Shown here piece after piece: positions 17,240-25,898 of a stretch of DNA of 64,000 bases. A program made the position numbers and the translations under genes. The notes beneath the pieces are model-generated. The model did not search any database. It saw only the letters and a list, made by a program, of their open reading frames with translations, and was not told the DNA's origin. Position 1 is the stretch's first letter. Every line of letters starts with the position of its first letter. This DNA is from an uncultured Candidatus Poseidoniales archaeon (lineage in GTDB: Archaea > Thermoplasmatota > Poseidoniia > Poseidoniales > Thalassarchaeaceae): NCBI GenBank assembly GCA_902625325.1, contig CACOAW010000003.1:19097-83096 (forward strand), given 5' to 3'.

Positions 17240-19177
17240 TCAATCATCATCTTCAATTGTCCACAGCGCAGGATAGTTGTATCGCGGGTCGAAGTCCTCA
17301 TCGAACTGGACCACGTAGATCCCACTGACCATCTCGGAGATGAAGAGGAATCCACGTGGGTCGTATTGCAGCCCCCAATCGAACGGAATCATGCATGAGG
17401 CCCAGCAGTCGGCCATGTCATAACCCAAAGTGGTAGTGGGGTTTTCTATCCAGTATGGCCCAGATGGCAGGTAGTAACCGATCGTGTGAGTGGGGGCTAG
17501 ATCCTCTATCGCCTGGAAACCTCTGTCAGGCTCGGCTACTCCGTTCTCCCAGACCAATTCCTCCCATATTCTTCCGTGATCGGTGACCCAGTTCCCCGCA
17601 TGGTAGTGGGTCCAGTAGACATGACCATTTACACCGGTATCTCCATTATGGGGGCTGTAGATGTATCCTCCAGGGATGTAGTGCTGCGGGTGCTTGGACC
17701 CATTTGCCAGCGTTCCCTCTCCCGGTAGTCTCCATTTCGATACAAGGAACGGCTTGGTTGGGTCAGTCGTGTCTATAGTCCAGAGGAAGCCAGTGTGTCC
17801 GGCATTGCTGCCATACTCCGGTGCGATGATAGTGTAGTGACGCCAGTTCACCCCGTAAGTCGCATCACTGGGGCCCGAGCCACATTCCGATGGCCACTCT
17901 GCCTGAGGTACGTACTCGCTAATCCCATTGCACACCAGGTGGTCGTAGGGAACCGCGTAGTGGATGTTGTCATTCCCCTGCTCCGCGTCTAGCCATTCCT
18001 CGGGAGTCATGTTGGCATGTCCGCCTCCATCTGGGCCGTACCAACCATCATCAGCCGTGGGGCAACCAAGCCACCTCCCTACCTCGGGAGGCCAGGAGAT
18101 TCCGAGGGGGTCCGCTAAGATCGGTGGTTCACTTACATCGACGATTCTCAGGCCAGCCCCCCAGTATGATGCTACCAGGAGGCGCTGCCCTGTGATTGGA
18201 TGGACGAAGTACACGTGATCATGGTTGAAGATAGAACCACCGCATGTGGTGTCCGGCTCGGGGGTGTACCCCCCCCATCTGAGGATCTCCCTGCTGGAGT
18301 TCTGCTGCTCGTCGTTCTGGTTCGGCAACCAGGACTCTAATCCTCTCGGGACGTAGAATATCTGGGTCCCCTTGTAGAACGTCCCCGAACCGCCCTCTAC
18401 CATCTCGGGATAAGGGTCTGCTCCGAATATGAAGAGGCTGCACTCCTCCCTGAAGTCCACCGCTCCGTCCCAATCGCAGTACACTGCCAAATCCTGATTG
18501 TGGAATCCTGCTGGGGGGTTGTTCCACTCCGCGACCTTCACTGGGCTTGTCTTGTCGCCCACGTAAATCACATCCAGTCTGTTCATGCCGCTGTTTGCAT
18601 CGTCATCATTGGGTATAGGGTCCAACTCGCTGTTTGTCAACTCGTGATTCACTAGCACCCAGTTGTTGTCCTTGGTCACCTTGATGTCTATCATCCTCGC
18701 AATCTCAGCATAGTACGTTGAGAGCAGCCTGATGTTATTCGGCTCGCTGATATCTAGGATCTCGAATTGATTGTAGCTCGAGACGTAGGCGAAGCAGCCG
18801 CCGCTGCCATCCGCGTGGATCTTGCAGTCCTCGTCGAAGTTTCCTTCAATCGCGATTTCCGAGTTGTCTCCGGGAGTCGGGGCAACGTTCTTCCACTCGT
18901 CGAAGCAAGGCCTTCCTGCAGTGTTGTCCAACTCAGGAGGGGGGTACACCTCGCCGTCGCAATTCAGGTTGTGATAGTCGATTAGTTTGGCATTCGAGGT
19001 GAATAACCTGTGCGCCAGAAGATCGCTGTGAGAGTGGTTAGCATCCTCTATCTCGGTAACGGGATCTACCCAATCCTCGCCTCCGATCTCGTTACTTCCC
19101 TCGCTATCCGACGAAAGACAACCAGACACCGGGGCTAGCATTACTATGGAAACCGCTAGCCAAACCTTGGTGCCCAT
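17240..19177 (-). CDS. LVIVD-repeat beta-propeller lipoprotein, His-rich (paralogue 1)
   Basis: Lipobox PVSGC. LVIVD-type repeats FEILDISEP, LDVIYVGD, GLRIVDVSEPP and GIYVVQFDED. Confidence 0.7.
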   Translation of the reverse strand: MGTKVWLAVSIVMLAPVSGCLSSDSEGSNEIGGEDWVDPVTEIEDANHSHSDLLAHRLFTSNAKLIDYHNLNCDGEVYPPPELDNTAGRPCFDEWKNVAPTPGDNSEIAIEGNFDEDCKIHADGSGGCFAYVSSYNQFEILDISEPNNIRLLSTYYAEIARMIDIKVTKDNNWVLVNHELTNSELDPIPNDDDANSGMNRLDVIYVGDKTSPVKVAEWNNPPAGFHNQDLAVYCDWDGAVDFREECSLFIFGADPYPEMVEGGSGTFYKGTQIFYVPRGLESWLPNQNDEQQNSSREILRWGGYTPEPDTTCGGSIFNHDHVYFVHPITGQRLLVASYWGAGLRIVDVSEPPILADPLGISWPPEVGRWLGCPTADDGWYGPDGGGHANMTPEEWLDAEQGNDNIHYAVPYDHLVCNGISEYVPQAEWPSECGSGPSDATYGVNWRHYTIIAPEYGSNAGHTGFLWTIDTTDPTKPFLVSKWRLPGEGTLANGSKHPQHYIPGGYIYSPHNGDTGVNGHVYWTHYHAGNWVTDHGRIWEELVWENGVAEPDRGFQAIEDLAPTHTIGYYLPSGPYWIENPTTTLGYDMADCWASCMIPFDWGLQYDPRGFLFISEMVSGIYVVQFDEDFDPRYNYPALWTIEDDD

Positions 19178-19232
19178 GAGCCCATGCGGGGATGCCTATT
19201 TTATGAAACTGCACCCAATTAGTACAGCCGCT

Positions 19233-20987
19233 TCATAGCGAGGCAGGGTTGCCATAGGGCTCGTCGATATCGAGTTGGACAATGTACAATCCGGTGGTGA
19301 TGCATGACAAGTACGTGTAGCCCTTGTAGTGCTCAGCCGCCCAGATGAACGGCGTCCATCCGAAGTCGTAGTACGAACTGTCGAGAGGGGCACCATCGGC
19401 TCCATGTGGGAGGTGGTAACCAACTGTCGATTCCATGTGTGCCTCGGTCTTGTTTCCGTTCTGAAGTCCTGCGACCATCAGAGACTCTATGTCGATAACC
19501 CACAATCCGGAGTGGTAGTTGCCCATGTATATCCTGCCATCCCAAGCACCACCGTGGCTGTTGTCCGGAAAACCAGGCAGGCCCGTCTGGAAGATTTCGT
19601 GGTCTGCATTATGCGGACTGAATAGCAGCCACTCATCACCTCCTGGGATGAAGTGGTGATCTGCGAACGGGGTCTCCCAACCGTGGATGAGTTGGGGAAG
19701 GAATCTCACATTTCCGTTGACGACTTCGTAGGGAGTAGTGTCCAGCAGATAGGCCATTCCCGTGCCCACTGTGGTCTCAAGGACTTCAGTAGCTATGATC
19801 GTCATGTGAATCTTGCCAGAAGGGTATCCAAGATGGGTGGCATCTACCATTTCGTCTATTGGCTCGGCATAGTGGATGTATGAGGCCCTCCCCCCATTCT
19901 CATTCCCTGTTGTCCCGCTGTCTGGCTGGCCATCGCCATCGAAGTCCTCGAAGTCCATCCAAAGCCCTACCTCCGGAGCCCTCCAGTTGCACCCCAATTG
20001 AGTCCCGAAGGATCCGCGACAGGCAGCTGCTATGGCTAGGTACTCTACCATGTCCTTGCCCGGATGCGGGACATCGGATACATCGAAAATCCTCAATCCT
20101 GCTTCCCAGTATGCCCCATAGACGTATGTTCTGCCAAATCGCGGATCACTGGAGTCCTCTCCGGGCCAGGTCTGGACCGTCATGTCGTGTATGTAAATCC
20201 ATCCACCTCTGGTGGTTTCCCAACTCACCTCCGCCTCCCCCACCTTCACGATCCGGGGCAGGTCCCCATAACCTGCGAAATTCAGATGCGCAACCGTGAT
20301 CCCCCCGCAAGCATCCCCCTGCCCTATGTCACAAGACTCGTAGTCGGGGTTGGCCACGAAGATGTACCACTCGTTATCGATCGTGTGGGTGTACAGATTG
20401 TGAGGGCCGCTTGGGTGATCTGCATCGTACCAGGCATCGACGAATGTAGGCTCATATTTGTCGGTCACGTCCACGAGAGTTACCGTTACCTGAGCAGGAT
20501 CGCCCCACTCCCCCACATTGGGATCAGCGGCCCCCGGGTCAACCAGTTGGTTCTGTACGATCACATACTCCCTGTTGTTGTAGACTAGGTACTTGACATC
20601 CAGAACCTGAGTATTGGGGTCCACGTAGACCCCGGTTACAGTGGTATTTGTCGGGTCCGTTACATCGACGATGTGCATCTCGCTCCATCCTGCGATGTAT
20701 GCATACCTCCTTCCATCGGGCGAGTCCGATACTTGGACCTCAGCATTGCCAGGGGCGGTGAGAGAATTGAATGAGACCGGTTGGATGTTTTCCGTGTAGA
20801 GGATGTGTTGGCTAGCGTTTCTGTGATCATGACCCTCGTCTTGCAATAGCGGATCTACCATTGATTCCAGGTCATTCGAAATACCGACTTCGCTATCTTT
20901 CAACAACAAGAATGTCGACGCTCCTGCCACCACTATGCAAGCAGCCAATGCCAAAGCCATAGCTGCCCTCTGTCCATCCATATTCAT
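19233..20987 (-). CDS. LVIVD-repeat beta-propeller surface protein, His-rich (paralogue 2)
   Basis: N-terminal TM/signal AAMALALAACIVVAGASTFLLL. Repeats MHIVDVTDP, VTLVDVTDK, GLRIFDVSDVP, GLWVIDIESL and GLYIVQLDID. Collinear with 17240..19177. ATG 20987 or 20981 is preferred over 21056. Confidence 0.7.
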   Translation of the reverse strand: MNMDGQRAAMALALAACIVVAGASTFLLLKDSEVGISNDLESMVDPLLQDEGHDHRNASQHILYTENIQPVSFNSLTAPGNAEVQVSDSPDGRRYAYIAGWSEMHIVDVTDPTNTTVTGVYVDPNTQVLDVKYLVYNNREYVIVQNQLVDPGAADPNVGEWGDPAQVTVTLVDVTDKYEPTFVDAWYDADHPSGPHNLYTHTIDNEWYIFVANPDYESCDIGQGDACGGITVAHLNFAGYGDLPRIVKVGEAEVSWETTRGGWIYIHDMTVQTWPGEDSSDPRFGRTYVYGAYWEAGLRIFDVSDVPHPGKDMVEYLAIAAACRGSFGTQLGCNWRAPEVGLWMDFEDFDGDGQPDSGTTGNENGGRASYIHYAEPIDEMVDATHLGYPSGKIHMTIIATEVLETTVGTGMAYLLDTTPYEVVNGNVRFLPQLIHGWETPFADHHFIPGGDEWLLFSPHNADHEIFQTGLPGFPDNSHGGAWDGRIYMGNYHSGLWVIDIESLMVAGLQNGNKTEAHMESTVGYHLPHGADGAPLDSSYYDFGWTPFIWAAEHYKGYTYLSCITTGLYIVQLDIDEPYGNPASL

Positions 20988-20995
20988 CGCACAAG

Positions 20996-21634
20996 GTGAG
21001 TCATGTTCAAGCCATCGCATACCATCCGGCACATGTGAGAATAACTGCACTGGCATTCACTTCCATCTTACTGGCCTCATTTCTTACACCTGCAGCCTCT
21101 GCTCACGAGCCGAAGGAGTACACAATTCTACTGACTCAGGATGGAACTACCCCTCAGACCATTCCTGATGACGTGCTCGTCCAAACCGACTTTCTGTTCT
21201 TCATGAATGTTGACGATAGGGAGGGCGTTAGCCACAGAATCCAAGTCGATGCTGATGATGACGGTCTGTTCAATGGTTCAGATGACTTCTCATCCAACTG
21301 GCTCAGCGGTTCTTGTGACCTTGATGAAAATGGCAGCAAGGTGGACGAGTCATGCATGGTAACGGAGGCAATATTACTGGGACCGGAGAATGGTCTCCTA
21401 CCGGGGACTATCCAGCTCCGGCATCAAACAATGAATGGCTCCATCCTGCTAGAGGAGAGATTGTCCGTAACTTTCAAGGAAGACGTGCACAACCAACTCA
21501 ACTCAGAAATAGGTCTGCCAAAAATGCCTCAAGAAAATCCTGAGGATGGGAGCAGGGACCTCCTGGTCGCGATCCTGTTCACTTCTCTGATGGGGATTCT
21601 GGCAATCTCTCCAAGTTTGATTAATCGTGATTGA
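20996..21634 (+). CDS. secreted cupredoxin-like protein with C-terminal TM anchor (paralogue of 16705..17238); predicted mature N-terminus is His
   Basis: Signal peptide ...LLASFLTPAASA then HEPKEY. HRIQVDADDDGLFNG parallels RTIRVDLDGNGEYD of the paralogue. C-terminal anchor LLVAILFTSLMGILAI. GTG start at 20996 or 21035. Confidence 0.5.
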   Translation: MSHVQAIAYHPAHVRITALAFTSILLASFLTPAASAHEPKEYTILLTQDGTTPQTIPDDVLVQTDFLFFMNVDDREGVSHRIQVDADDDGLFNGSDDFSSNWLSGSCDLDENGSKVDESCMVTEAILLGPENGLLPGTIQLRHQTMNGSILLEERLSVTFKEDVHNQLNSEIGLPKMPQENPEDGSRDLLVAILFTSLMGILAISPSLINRD

Positions 21635-21685
21635 CTTCGGGACTACGGTTTGACTCAATAATGAGTTGCCTCTCCGGCGGGTAAG

Positions 21686-21762
21686 GGGCGCTTAGATCAG
21701 CCTGGAAGATCGTCTGGTTTGCAACCAGAAGGCCGGGGGTTCAAATCCCCCAGCGTCCACCA
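21686..21762 (+). tRNA. tRNA-Ala (anticodon UGC), 74 nt plus encoded CCA
   Basis: Acceptor GGGCGCT/AGCGTCC with the G3:U70 Ala identity pair, anticodon stem TCTGG/CCAGA with loop TTTGCAA, T arm GGGGG-TTCAAAT-CCCCC, then A and CCA. Confidence 0.9.
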
Positions 21763-21837
21763 TCAACTATTTCTGTCGTTATCCGACATGATTAGAAATT
21801 AGTAACCATAATACATCTTCCTGCCGGGTTATAACTC

Positions 21838-24477
21838 ATGCCGAAGACAGGACTGACTAGATGGTTTGAAGAAACTAGAATTCAGGATACTTCGGAAGTG
21901 GGGGGAAAAGGTGCTTCGCTCGGCGAGATGTTTCAGAAACTGTCAGAATCCGGGGTCAAAGTACCCAATGGATTCACCCTCACAACAGAAGCATTCTCAA
22001 GATTCCTGAATTCTGAAATTCCCGAGAAGACATGGGACAATGTACGAAATCCCCAGGGAGTGGAGGACGTGAGGAACGAGGCCATCAAGGCCAAAACGTT
22101 GGCCGAGGCATTGGAGGTCTCATTGAGAGATACGGATCTGGGCGAGGAGCTCGACTTGAATGGTAGGGCAGCACTCGCAAGGTCTCTCGTGAGGGAGACT
22201 CCTGTTCCTGAATCCGTCAGGAAGGCAATCGCGTCTGACTACGGTAAGCTGTGTGAAATCTATTACCCGGGAGTGGACGTCGCGGTCAGATCATCTGCTA
22301 CAACCGAAGACTCAGAGGAGGCATCGTTTGCCGGACAGTACGAGTCTTTCCTTAATGTAAGCGGAGAGGTTGAGATTGTCGAAAAGTGGAGGAGATGTAT
22401 TGCCAGCATGTTCACTGAGCGCTCGGTTGCGTACCATCTTGAGAACGGCCTTCACCCGCTTGATAGCGCCGTCGCGGTGGTCGTTATGAAAATGGCAAGA
22501 TCGGACAAAGCCTGCTCGGGAGTCATGTTCACCATAGACCCGGATTCCGGGCACGAGGGAGTCATCCACATCGCTTCCTCTTACGGCTTAGGTGAGCTTG
22601 TCGTTCAAGGCGTTGTTATTCCTGACACATTCACGATATGGAAGAAGGGCCTTAGCAAGGGCAAGTCAGCTGTAGTTCACAGGACACTTGGCTCGAAGGA
22701 GCAGATGCTCGTCTACGACGACGAGTTAGCCAACGAGGTTTCCTCTGTTAGAGTTCCCATAGACATGAGGAAGAGGTGGTCGTTGGATAGTGACGAGTGT
22801 GTGAAACTGGGGGGGATGGCGGTCTCGATAGAGAAATTCTTCGGCCGGCCAATGGACATTGAGTGGGCCAAAGATGGTGTTGACAATGAGATATACATCG
22901 TCCAAGCAAGACCTGAAACGATACACTCCAAAACAGATGGAAATAAGATTCTGATGTATAAGATAGATGAGAAGCTCGCATCGAATCTGAAGCGTCAGGG
23001 CCGGGTAGTCGCATCGGGACAGGCCGTTGGGAAAAGGATTGGAGTGGGAAAAGTCAGAATCTTCAGATCATATTCGGAAGTCTTGGATAAGAGGAGGGAG
23101 TTTGGGAAGTTGCTGGATAGCGGCCTCTCAACAGAAGAGATATCAGACGAAATGGCGGTATTCCAGAACGGAGACGTGCTTGTAACGGAGATGACTACTC
23201 CAGACTGGGAGCCGTTGATGAAAAAATCATCACTAATTATCACTAGGAAGGGCGGTAGGACATCCCATGCAGCTATCATAGCGAGGGAGTTCGGGATTCC
23301 CGCGATCGTAGGATGCTCAGATGCTATGGAAATACCCGAGCTGACGGAGGTCACAGGAAGCTGTGCGGAGGGAGACACGGGCTACGTTTATTCGGGAGCT
23401 GTCCCCTTCGAAATAGAGGAGTTTTCCATAGACGAGGACGAGGCTCTTGAGACCAAAATCAAACTCAACGTTGGGTTTCCGACCAAATCTTTGGCAGACT
23501 CGATGCTGCCTGTAGATGGAGTTGGATTGGCGAGGATAGAGTTCATACTTTCCTCGGAATTAGGAATTCACCCCCTCGCATTTGTCCATCATGATGAACT
23601 TAGGGCTTATGCCGAATCGGGCGAGGCCTCTGACAGTCTCAGACCCTACAGAGAAGTATTAGACACGGCAGATCCCAACGAGGTGAAAACAGTCGTAGAA
23701 TCATTGGAAAAGAGGGCCTGGGCGTATCCTGACAAAAGGGGCCTTTTCATCGATAAACTCAGGGAGGGGGTGGGGCTAATTTGCGCTGCATTTCATCCAA
23801 GGCCCGTCCTCGTAAGGTTATCCGACTTCAAATCGAACGAATATAGGGAACTAATGGGCGGTTGGATATTTGAGCCGATCGAGGAGAATCCAATGATCGC
23901 CTGGAGAGGCGCGTCTAGGTACATGGATGACAAGTTCAGACCTGCGTTTGAGATGGAGTTGGAGGCCATGAGGTCCGTGAAGGAGGAGTTCGGCTTGGAC
24001 AATCTACAGCTAATGGTTCCATTCTGCAGAACCCCGGAAGAGGGAGGGATGGTCACCGAACTATTGAATCAGAAGGGAATCGGACCCGACTCAGGAACCG
24101 ACCTCTTCGTAATGGTAGAGTTGCCCTCAAATGTCATAGAGGCGGATCTCTTCATTGAGAAGATGGGGCTCTCCGGTGGCTCGATAGGATCGAACGATTT
24201 GGTGCAGACGGTCTACGCCGTCTCGAGAGACGACCTGGAGGGCTACCAGAACCCGATTGACGCCCGCTCCCCTTCAGTGAAATCTATGATTAGGCAAATA
24301 GTGGAGAAGTTCAACTCAAAAGGCCTCGAGATAGGGATATGCGGGCAAGCACCCTCTGATTTCCCGGATGAATTCCCCCCTTTCCTTATCGATTGCGGCA
24401 TTACTAGCATCTCGGTAACACCGGATACTGCAGTCGCTGTGAGGGCAACGGTAGCGGAAGCTGAAAGAAAATCTTAG
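21838..24477 (+). CDS. ppsA: phosphoenolpyruvate synthase (pyruvate, water dikinase)
   Basis: ATP-grasp N-terminus VGGKGASLGEM, phospho-His domain GGRTSHAAIIAREFGIPAIVG, C-terminal PEP-utilising domain GSNDLVQ. Confidence 0.9.
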   Translation: MPKTGLTRWFEETRIQDTSEVGGKGASLGEMFQKLSESGVKVPNGFTLTTEAFSRFLNSEIPEKTWDNVRNPQGVEDVRNEAIKAKTLAEALEVSLRDTDLGEELDLNGRAALARSLVRETPVPESVRKAIASDYGKLCEIYYPGVDVAVRSSATTEDSEEASFAGQYESFLNVSGEVEIVEKWRRCIASMFTERSVAYHLENGLHPLDSAVAVVVMKMARSDKACSGVMFTIDPDSGHEGVIHIASSYGLGELVVQGVVIPDTFTIWKKGLSKGKSAVVHRTLGSKEQMLVYDDELANEVSSVRVPIDMRKRWSLDSDECVKLGGMAVSIEKFFGRPMDIEWAKDGVDNEIYIVQARPETIHSKTDGNKILMYKIDEKLASNLKRQGRVVASGQAVGKRIGVGKVRIFRSYSEVLDKRREFGKLLDSGLSTEEISDEMAVFQNGDVLVTEMTTPDWEPLMKKSSLIITRKGGRTSHAAIIAREFGIPAIVGCSDAMEIPELTEVTGSCAEGDTGYVYSGAVPFEIEEFSIDEDEALETKIKLNVGFPTKSLADSMLPVDGVGLARIEFILSSELGIHPLAFVHHDELRAYAESGEASDSLRPYREVLDTADPNEVKTVVESLEKRAWAYPDKRGLFIDKLREGVGLICAAFHPRPVLVRLSDFKSNEYRELMGGWIFEPIEENPMIAWRGASRYMDDKFRPAFEMELEAMRSVKEEFGLDNLQLMVPFCRTPEEGGMVTELLNQKGIGPDSGTDLFVMVELPSNVIEADLFIEKMGLSGGSIGSNDLVQTVYAVSRDDLEGYQNPIDARSPSVKSMIRQIVEKFNSKGLEIGICGQAPSDFPDEFPPFLIDCGITSISVTPDTAVAVRATVAEAERKS

Positions 24478-24568
24478 TGTTGCTCACAAAAAATATGGCT
24501 TTTTCTTGGCAACTCTGTCAATCGGCGTTCGGGCGCCCCAGCGTTCGCAAGATATTTCTTTGGAATAA

Positions 24569-24576
24569 TTATATAA
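24569..24576 (+). promoter_or_regulatory. candidate TATA box (TTATATAA) for the methyltransferase gene at the island's left edge
   Basis: Lies within AATAATTATATAATAGG, 33-40 nt upstream of in-frame ATG 24609. This supports the shorter start. Confidence 0.35.
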
Positions 24577-24608
24577 TAGGTTATTCTGTACAAGCATGGG
24601 ACAGAGAA

Positions 24609-25277
24609 ATGGAGAATGAACACCAGTCTTTTGACCCGATAGAATATGTGGATGCAGTTTACCCAGATTTGCCAATGATGGGTGCGGCTAGAGCAAGAAA
24701 GTTTGAGCAGCTGATAGTCGACTATGATTTGAAAGACACACTCGAACTAGGATTCTACAAGGGAAAGAGCAGTGCATATATTGGATCAATATTGAAATCC
24801 CTAGGAAGGGGACATCACACGGCTATTGATATGCACTACGCCGAACCGCACGAACCAAACATCGAGGAGGTGATGACTAAGCTAGAATTAACCGATTATG
24901 TTACTTGGTACTACGAGCAACAGTCCTACCTGTGGCGTCTGATGAGGTTCTTGGAAAAACCGGAAGATAATTTGTTTGATTTCTGCTATTTAGATGGTGG
25001 TCACGTTTGGGATATAACTGGATTTGGTTTTATGTTGGTGGACCGACTACTAAGGCCAGGAGGGGTAATTGTTTTCGACGATCTCGATTGGACAATAGAG
25101 GTCGGTATCCCCGAAGCCCGTTGGCCAAAATATCCGGACATTGATTTCCGAGACAGATTTATGAGAACTAAGCAAGTTAAGAAGGTCTTCGAACTCCTTG
25201 CAATGTCCGATCAAAACTATGAATGTGAGATTTGGAACGATGATTGGGGAATTGCACGTAAGAAAGAGAATTCTTAG
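24609..25277 (+). CDS. class I SAM-dependent methyltransferase (Methyltransf_24 / TylF-CmcI-like)
   Basis: TLELGFYKGKSSAYIG, FCYLDGGHVWD and PGGVIVFDDLDW. The ORF-track start 24477 (GTG overlapping the ppsA stop) is judged less likely. Confidence 0.65.
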   Translation: MENEHQSFDPIEYVDAVYPDLPMMGAARARKFEQLIVDYDLKDTLELGFYKGKSSAYIGSILKSLGRGHHTAIDMHYAEPHEPNIEEVMTKLELTDYVTWYYEQQSYLWRLMRFLEKPEDNLFDFCYLDGGHVWDITGFGFMLVDRLLRPGGVIVFDDLDWTIEVGIPEARWPKYPDIDFRDRFMRTKQVKKVFELLAMSDQNYECEIWNDDWGIARKKENS

Positions 25278-25382
25278 ATTTTCTAAAACAAAAAAAGCCC
25301 ATATAAATAAATTCCATCGACCATCAATCATCCCATCTATCCAGAGTCAATATTATAGAATTGTGCTTCTAGTGATGCTTCT

Positions 25383-25724
25383 ATGAGTCTGGAAGAGATA
25401 ACCCGGAATTACCTCCAGGCATTCCAGAATCGCGATATTGAAACATTATCGAAATTCTTTTCCGAGACAGTCGAACTAAGGGACTGGGAGTTATATGCCG
25501 AGGGAAAAAAGAATGTTATCAAAGCAAATCAGGGAATTTTTGATGCCTTCTCAGTCATTACTGTCGAGATAACAAACATCATCAGTAAGAAAAATCAAGT
25601 AGCAGTAGAATTCAGGCTTATTCTTTCTGAGGATGGGTCAGAGGTTTCCATATTGGTCACGGATATCATCGAATTCGATGAAAGATTCCAAATCTCAAGA
25701 TTACGCGCCTACCGGGGCAACTAA
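25383..25724 (+). CDS. NTF2-fold / SnoaL-like protein
   Basis: 113 aa. ITRNYLQAFQNRDIETLSKFFSETVELRDWE is the typical SnoaL_2/NTF2-like N-terminal helix pattern. Confidence 0.5.
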   Translation: MSLEEITRNYLQAFQNRDIETLSKFFSETVELRDWELYAEGKKNVIKANQGIFDAFSVITVEITNIISKKNQVAVEFRLILSEDGSEVSILVTDIIEFDERFQISRLRAYRGN

Positions 25725-25898
25725 CTCCAATGACTAGTAATGACTTTCCAGCTCTTACATACTATTTCCTTGGTACAATCTCAATCTTATTAATTACTCC
25801 TGTCAATGCAATACACAATTACCCTTCACAAAATTTTTGATAGGTAACTTTTCCATAATGGAAGCCATCCCGAATATGTGACTCGAGGTTCAGAGGAT

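Noticed and set aside
17240-20987. Idea that the His-rich propellers are divergent nitrous-oxide reductases (NosZ)
   Set aside because: There is no C-terminal CuA cupredoxin domain with a C-x4-C-x3-H-x2-M type motif, no nosDFYL genes, and no twin-arginine leader. The similarity is only conceptual (His residues on a propeller).
25727-25746. Tandem AATGACT-AGT-AATGACT direct repeat in the 153-nt spacer after the SnoaL-like gene
   Set aside because: It has only two 7-nt copies and does not recur elsewhere in the window. That is insufficient to call a regulatory site.
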